DNA of 63,872 nt, counting the filler, from Saprolegnia diclina VS20 (taxonomy: Eukaryota): NCBI RefSeq assembly GCF_000281045.1. It is 5 parts of 2 records of this genome, joined end to end, with 100 filler letters (N's around TTAATTAATTAA, not from the genome) between each part and the next. Parts side by side here need not be neighbours in the genome. Positions count along the whole stretch, not along the records: positions 44,519 to 61,239 come from NW_008246072.1; positions 61,340 to 63,872 come from NW_008246073.1; 3 more parts are not named here. One strand, 5' to 3'. Positions 57,912 to 63,872 of the stretch are shown piece after piece (positions within the stretch are counted from its first letter, which is position 1; every line of letters begins with the position of its first letter). Under the pieces are notes generated by a model that saw only the letters and a program-made list of their open reading frames with translations, did not search any database and had not been told where the DNA came from. The position numbers and the translations under genes were made by a program.

Positions 57912-59432
57912 ATGTCGCCAACCAAGCTGGTGGCCAAGCGCGCGCGGAAAGAGGCAGCGCAGTGGCTGCTGCCGCCGATCGTGCAGCAGGTGGTCTATTG
58001 CTTGGAGTCTGTCGAGGACGTGCTGGCCTTTCTCGACGCGGTGCCGCCCGACGCCTGCAACGAGGCCCTCGATACGCTTCGAACGCTTGTCGAAAACGAT
58101 GCATACTTGTGGCCGGTCCCCTCTGTGACCGATTTGGCCAAGATAGACGCGTCCATTGTATCAAATGTGCTGCCGGCGCTCCACATGGTACAAGTCGACA
58201 TCGACGATGCTCTCACGGACTTTTGCCGGCGCACGCCGCTGCCGGCGACGACTCTTGTTCGCGCCGGCGTCAGCAGCGACCTGCAGTATTTTCGGCTCAA
58301 CGACGGCCACTGGATCTCGAACATTGATAATCTGGGTATCTCGGTCAAGTGCACATCGCTGGACACGAGCTTGCTACAGCAGACGCTCGCGGCGTGCACC
58401 AACCTCCAAACACTGGCGATTGAGTGGGAAGACGCTATCGATCAAGACCATTTCGACAAGGTCATGGCGGCCATCACGGCCTCGTGCCCACGCCTCCCGA
58501 ATCTGATTCTTGGTGCGGCCAAGCATTTCACCTTGCCGCGCTGCGAGAGTCTTCTCGCCTGGCTCGCACGACCAAGTTCACGCAAATTCGAGCTCATTTG
58601 CATAGACTTTGCGCCGCGCGCTGCCACATCCTTGGCCATTAAGATGCTTTCGTCCACGACGCTCCATACATTGACAGTGTCCGAAGCACACCACGTCCTG
58701 ACTTCGTGTCTCGATCCGTCGGCACCACCGCTGCCCCGACAGCTGCGCCACCTGACGTTCGGAACGAAAAAAGGCTGGCGCGATGTGGCGTCATTTGCAG
58801 GCAAACTTGCGCCGTCGGCCATCCAACGATTGGATCTTCGTTTTGGGACATCCCTTGATATCTCTTCGATCATGGCTGTTGTGCCGCCAACTGTGAGAAC
58901 GCTCAAACTCGACAATGTCGGGACGGATTTCTTCCCAGCGCTACCAGAGCTCCAATACGTCCGACTGCGGCGTGCGACACTGGCAAACGAAGCCATCGTC
59001 GCGCTCACGGCGTTACTCGCCACCTCGACATCCCTTGTCCGACTTGATTTGGAAGATGCGACGTTGCCTGAAGACCAACTCCAGCTCATCCATTACGCTC
59101 TGCCGCGCTGGTTGAGTCGACAACAACACGCGTGCACCGCGCGCCTGCACGTGACTGAAGCGAACGTGGCGATGCTTGCCGCCGTGATGATCATGACGCG
59201 CAACACGCAGTTTGTGCACCTTGAGTTATGCGATGACGACGCTTGCGAGCTAGTAGCGCAGCGAAGCTTTGTGACGGCACTCGGGACGACTTCACGAATG
59301 CGGTTGCGCTTGCTGACGGCGCTCTCAACGGAGGACGAAGTCGAATTTGAAGAATTTGCCCGATTGCATCACGTCGAGTGCGCACGCGGCTTGTTTCACT
59401 CGCCCAAATGCACGCCTTGGATGCCGCTTTAG
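57912..59432 (+). CDS. F-box-like + LRR/RNI-like family protein, intact
   Basis: ~506-aa uninterrupted ORF with all family motifs (KRARKEAAQWLLPPIVQQVV, PPLPRQLR, LPRWLSRQ, ALGTTSRM, FHSP..PW). Confidence 0.85.
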   Translation: MSPTKLVAKRARKEAAQWLLPPIVQQVVYCLESVEDVLAFLDAVPPDACNEALDTLRTLVENDAYLWPVPSVTDLAKIDASIVSNVLPALHMVQVDIDDALTDFCRRTPLPATTLVRAGVSSDLQYFRLNDGHWISNIDNLGISVKCTSLDTSLLQQTLAACTNLQTLAIEWEDAIDQDHFDKVMAAITASCPRLPNLILGAAKHFTLPRCESLLAWLARPSSRKFELICIDFAPRAATSLAIKMLSSTTLHTLTVSEAHHVLTSCLDPSAPPLPRQLRHLTFGTKKGWRDVASFAGKLAPSAIQRLDLRFGTSLDISSIMAVVPPTVRTLKLDNVGTDFFPALPELQYVRLRRATLANEAIVALTALLATSTSLVRLDLEDATLPEDQLQLIHYALPRWLSRQQHACTARLHVTEANVAMLAAVMIMTRNTQFVHLELCDDDACELVAQRSFVTALGTTSRMRLRLLTALSTEDEVEFEEFARLHHVECARGLFHSPKCTPWMPL

Positions 59433-59639
59433 TACGACAGGCAAGTATCTGATTCCTTTGTTAATTGATTGCATTTCACGATATTACCGAGTCGATACGG
59501 CATCCAGAGCAACGACACGTCGGAAATGGTTCACATGAGAGGCAAATCCGGTGGTAGACTAGCTACCAGTGCCCATGCTTTCATATTTCGTGTCTCATAT
59601 CATTTCATACCACGAGATTCCCATTTATCTGCAGAATTG

Positions 59640-59826
59640 GATTGCATGGTGGCACGAAACCTAATCGCGGTCCTTGGGACCACGCCACGGATGCGGTTGG
59701 TTCGTTAACGATGCCAGATAGAGAGGACGAAGAGAACCGAAAGGAGCACGCCAAATCGCAGCATGTGCGATTTGCGCGAGGGTAGTTTCTCTTGCCACAA
59801 CGCACACCGTGGATGTCGCTTGCATA
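59640..59826 (+). pseudogene. C-terminal fragment of the LRR-like family
   Basis: RNLIAVLGTTPRMRL...PQRTPWMSLA, with internal stops. Confidence 0.6.
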
Positions 59827-60134
59827 GTCACATCTACGCTATCCTTACTTCGGTAAACTTTAAATTGTCTCTACATCAATTGACACACTGGCAAGTTCAT
59901 GAAAGGTACTACAAAGTCGACTGATAATAAACACCAGAGATGAAAGGTTGACGTCGTCTCTCGACTCTTTCAAATAGTTGCGGGACACGATACATGCACG
60001 AGCAGCTCCGCCCGGCTGCCACGTCACGAGCCAATTGCGGCCAATCCAAACCGTCCTGTCTGGCTGGACTGTACTGCACCTGGTACAGCATCCGGATACC
60101 GTCCGCAAAATTCCATTTGCGGCGGTGCGAGTCG

Positions 60135-61239
60135 ATGACCATGATGGAGGCCAAGCGCGCCAAGACGAACGCAGGACGATGGCTGCTGCCGCCGGTGATC
60201 CTCCAAGTCATCCACTACCTCGATGAAGCCAGCGACGCTCTGGCCATTCTACAGGCAGTGCCAAGTGACGCTCGTGACGAGGCCCTCGACGCGCTCGTAA
60301 CGCTCCTCACACAAGACGAGTTCTTGTGGCCAACGGCGGAAGTGGACGTCTTGATAAAGATGGACGAGGCGACAGTAATCACGGCGCTACCAGCATTTGG
60401 CCATCTCAAGGTCAACGAAAAGGCTGGTGCTGTCGACTTTTGCTGTCGCACGCCGTGTCCGCCAATGCCCAATGTCCGCGCGGCCGTCGACTGCGTGCAG
60501 GATCTCCAGCTCAAGTTTGGCCCCTGGGTACCGAGCATTGTGCACCTTGATATTAATGTCAAGCGCACGCCGCTGGAAAGCCACGCTCTTGAGCGTGAGC
60601 TTGCTGCGTGTCCAAAGCTCGAGGGGCTCAACGTCCAATGGGACGATGTTGTTGATCAAACGCAGCTGGACGACGTCATGGCGGCCGTCGCTGCGTCGTG
60701 TCCGCGCCTTGCCTATCTGCGCCTCTTTTCCAAGACGGATGCAAACTTGCAGTGCTGCAAACGCCTTCTTCCGTGGCTGTCTCAACCAAATGCACGCATC
60801 TTCAAGCTCTTCGGAATCGACTTTGCGTCACCCGCTGCCAAGACCTTGGCACACGCACTTCTCTTGACAACGACGCTCGAAACGATCAAGCTCGATGACG
60901 CTTCAAACGTCATCCTCTCGTTTTTGGCCCCGAGCTCCCCGCCGCTGCCCCGCCAACTGCGCAAGCTCGCGTTCAAATTCGGGTCCACCTCGGTCGATAT
61001 ACCGACACTTGCAGCCAAGCTGTCGCCCACGGTCATCCGTAGTCTGGACGTTCGCTTTGATGAGACCCGCGACATCTCGCCCATCATGACGACCTTGCCG
61101 CGGACGATGAGAAAGCTCCACCTCGAGACTGTCACGATGACGGTGTTCCCGACGCTACCAAAGCTCCAGAAACTCGACTTGTGGGCAGTGACCATGACGA
61201 GCGACGCCTTTGCAAGTTTGTCGGCACAGCTCATAGCTT
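60135..61239 (+). CDS. F-box-like + LRR/RNI-like family protein, truncated by the gap
   Basis: KRAKTNAGRWLLPPVILQVIHYL..FLWP..PPLPRQLR; the frame stays open until the N-run. Confidence 0.82.
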
Positions 61240-61339
61240 NNNNNNNNNNNNNNNNNNNNNNNNNNNNNNNNNNNNNNNNNNNNTTAATTAATTAANNNNN
61301 NNNNNNNNNNNNNNNNNNNNNNNNNNNNNNNNNNNNNNN
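61240..61339. other. Scaffold gap with linker
   Basis: N-run plus TTAATTAATTAA. Confidence 0.98.
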
Positions 61340-61436
61340 TGCCTTCGTGGCGTAACACAATACAACTGCCTGCTTCCTGGGAGATGGCTCTCCCCTCGCT
61401 GCGTTGTTTGCGTTGCACTGCGGAAGCCACCACACT

Positions 61437-61866
61437 GGGCAGTTGGTCTGGGAGCTCCGGTGCTGTGCACCCATCGAGGCTACAATAAGAGCTCTCAGTA
61501 TAAGACCAGGAAGAGACGCGTAATATCTACCTTGCAAGGAACTCCATCTCTTGGCAACGTTAGCACTTTCTCACCATAATCGAGCACTGGCGATCAGTGC
61601 AATCCGCGGGGCGAAGGAATTGCTTGTGTGCGTACAACTCGTCCTTGTACTGGCACAGTCTGACGACGCCAAACGCTCCTTGGCCCAACATAGCGTGGTC
61701 TTCGGCGAATTCGGACAAAGTTGCGTCGACCGTGGGCAACGTTGGCTCAAGCAAGCCGTCGAGGCATTCTAGGATGTCGTCCAAAGACGGACGCTCGGTG
61801 GGCGACTTCGGCAAGCAGTCAGCGATGAGCTGCACGAGCCCAGTCGGGCAGTCGCCACTCGTGCTA
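61437..61866 (-). pseudogene. Partial decayed duplicate of the neighbouring tandem kinase gene
   Basis: CPTGLVQLIADCL..ERPSLDDILE..GQGAFGVVRLC..AHKQ mirrors ~62715-63165, including the intron. Premature TAA at 61560-61562 and a deletion after the intron. Confidence 0.8.
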
Positions 61867-62089
61867 CCATTTGTATTTTGAAAACTACTCGACTTACGAG
61901 CTAAGCTAACCATGCAAGGTCCATCAAAGTCTGCCAGATTGACGCGATATGAATCCCACGAAGCCTAGGACCTAGCTTACCGCTGTGCTTGCGCAAGAGT
62001 ACTCTGCTAGCTACGTGACATATATTGCGTTGCAGTGGTAAGAGAACTCAGTTTCAGAACATTGTAACGATTCACATTACTCTCTCCAT

Positions 62090-63872
62090 CTATCCAAAGA
62101 AGGTGCCAAGGGGTGGGCTGGTTGATGCGCAACGATCCTGGGCCAGCACATCTTCGAGGTAGGCATGGACGTCTTTTGCCGACGGTCGATCTTCGGGCTT
62201 GGCGTGCCAGCATTTCGTCGCAAGGTCTCGGATCCAGTGAGGAAGTGCCGGGTCCATCGTCGGCCGCACGCCGCTCTCGACGTTCTTCTTTAAAACAAAC
62301 TCATTTGCAAACCCCATGTCGCTGTAGGGCTGGACGAGCATCGCAATCTCCGAGAGGATGATGCCAAACGAGTAAATGTCGGCTTTCGTGGCGTGGACCG
62401 TGCGGCCGGCAAGGATCTCGGGTGCCATCCACTGGTATGTCCCGACGCCAGCGACTTCGTTGTAGCTGTTGGGGTCGGCTGTGTGCACTGACTCGCCCAA
62501 GTCGACGATCCGAATCTCGTTCTCGGGCGTGAGCATGATGTTGGACGACTTGAGGTCCAAGTGCTCGATTCGCCATTTATGGAGGTACTCGATCGCTTTG
62601 ATGATCTTGAGCGCAATCTTGCAGCGCTCTTGCCACGGAAACGTCGCTTGTTGCTTGATCTGCCAGAGTTCCTTGGAGAGGTCGTTGCCGGGTACGACCT
62701 CCATGAGGTAGGCGGGTGGTTGGTCTGGGTGCTCAGGTGCTATACACCCGATAAAGCGTGGTACGTACTTCGGGTCGAGGCTACATTGAGACATATTGAT
62801 ATCGAGACCAGGAAGAGACGTGTAATATATACCTTGACAGGACCTCCATCTCTTGGTAGCACTTTCTCACGATAGTCGAGTACTGGCGATCAGTGCAATT
62901 CGTGGGGCGACACAATTGCTTGTGCGCGCACTCCATGCCCTTGTACCGACACAGTCTGACGACACCAAACGCTCCTTGGCCAAGCGGGACGTGGCCGTCG
63001 ACGAATTCGATCAACGCTGCGTCGGCGGTGGGCAACGTTGGCACAAGCAAGCCATCGAGGCGTTCTAGGACGTCTTCCAGAGACGGACGCTCGGCGGGCA
63101 ACTGGCGCAAACTGTCGCGAATCAACTGCACGAGATCCGTCGGGCAGCCACCGCTCGCGCCACGCTGGTCATGAAGCGTTTGCAGCGCCAGCTCCCTGTC
63201 TTCATCGCGAAGCGGCTCGCGGTTGGTCGTGATCTCGTACAAAAGCGTGCCAAATGCAAACACGTCCGTTGTTGGTGTGAGACCGACGCCATCGGGGAGC
63301 AGCTCGGGAGGGTACCAGGTAAAGACACCGTCCGGACTCTTGCTCTGACGACCGACGTTGGCAAACTGGGGTGTCTCCAAGTCGGGCTTCAAAAAGACGT
63401 TGTGTGCAGTGACGTCCACGTGCCGAACGTCGCGCGCGATAAAGTCGAGAAGGCCGAGTAGAATCGCACGTGCAATCGTGATCTTGCGCTTCCACAGTTG
63501 CGGGTCCCCGAGCAGCCATTGGCTGGCGATGACGTCGTGGAGAGACCGCAAACCGTCGCGGTCGACAACGAGGCACGGCACTGTCTCTTGGACTTCTCCA
63601 AAAGCCGCACAGGCGATTTTGTCGCTGTTGACAATGGCGTGGCCGAGCACTCGAGGCGTATAGACGTCCGACTGGGCTCTAGTACAAAATGCGTGAGAGA
63701 AACATTGTGGAATGGAGGGACATACTTGAGGACACGGGCAATGTGCTGCGTAAACTCCTCGTCGGCCGCATAGCCCGCCTCGTCGGCCGTGTAGCCCATG
63801 CGGTGGATAACGACGTCCTTCCCGTTGTACTTGCCCCGCCGAAGCAAGACGTTGCCGTCCGTGCCCTCGACT
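62090..63872 (-). CDS. Tandem pseudokinase-kinase (TKL-like); 5' end beyond the window
   Basis: Domain 1: RHVDVTAHNV, ANVG (no DFG), YPPE, DVFAFG. Domain 2: GQGAFGVV, AHK, HLDLKSSN, DLG, GTYQWMAPE, DIYSFG. Introns near 63676-63723 and 62781-62831. Confidence 0.88.

Noticed and set aside
1..63872. tRNA, rRNA or intact transposase/reverse transcriptase genes
   Set aside because: None recognised by eye; a covariance-model and repeat-library search would be needed to exclude them.

Overview
Intron-containing eukaryotic DNA with GC-rich coding regions, very short GT-AG introns (41-56 bp where traced) and four 100-bp scaffold gaps carrying a TTAATTAATTAA linker. Gene content and style point to an oomycete, probably Saprolegniales (inference). 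Conserved genes: PMCA-type Ca2+-ATPase (partial), EF-hand/CorA Mg2+ channel, probably mitochondrial pyruvate kinase, divergent 14-3-3, RCC1-repeat protein, FYVE-GAF protein and two C2-domain genes. The most striking locus is 2.2-7.5 kb: three tandem genes built from SAM domains and His/Cys-rich ricin-B-like beta-trefoil repeats. The middle gene also has a predicted N-myristoylation site and a TIR domain that keeps its catalytic Glu, making this a candidate intracellular glycan-sensing, SARM1-like system. Several genes appear only after splicing: selenoprotein S (in-frame UGA plus type II SECIS), an RNF168-like RING ligase, a bacterial-type FkbH protein, a MULE-derived DNA-binding protein and a damaged PHD-TAZ gene. 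The right end holds an array of F-box-like/LRR-like paralogs, mostly decayed, and a tandem pseudokinase-kinase gene. All family assignments come from reading motifs by eye; no database searches were run.
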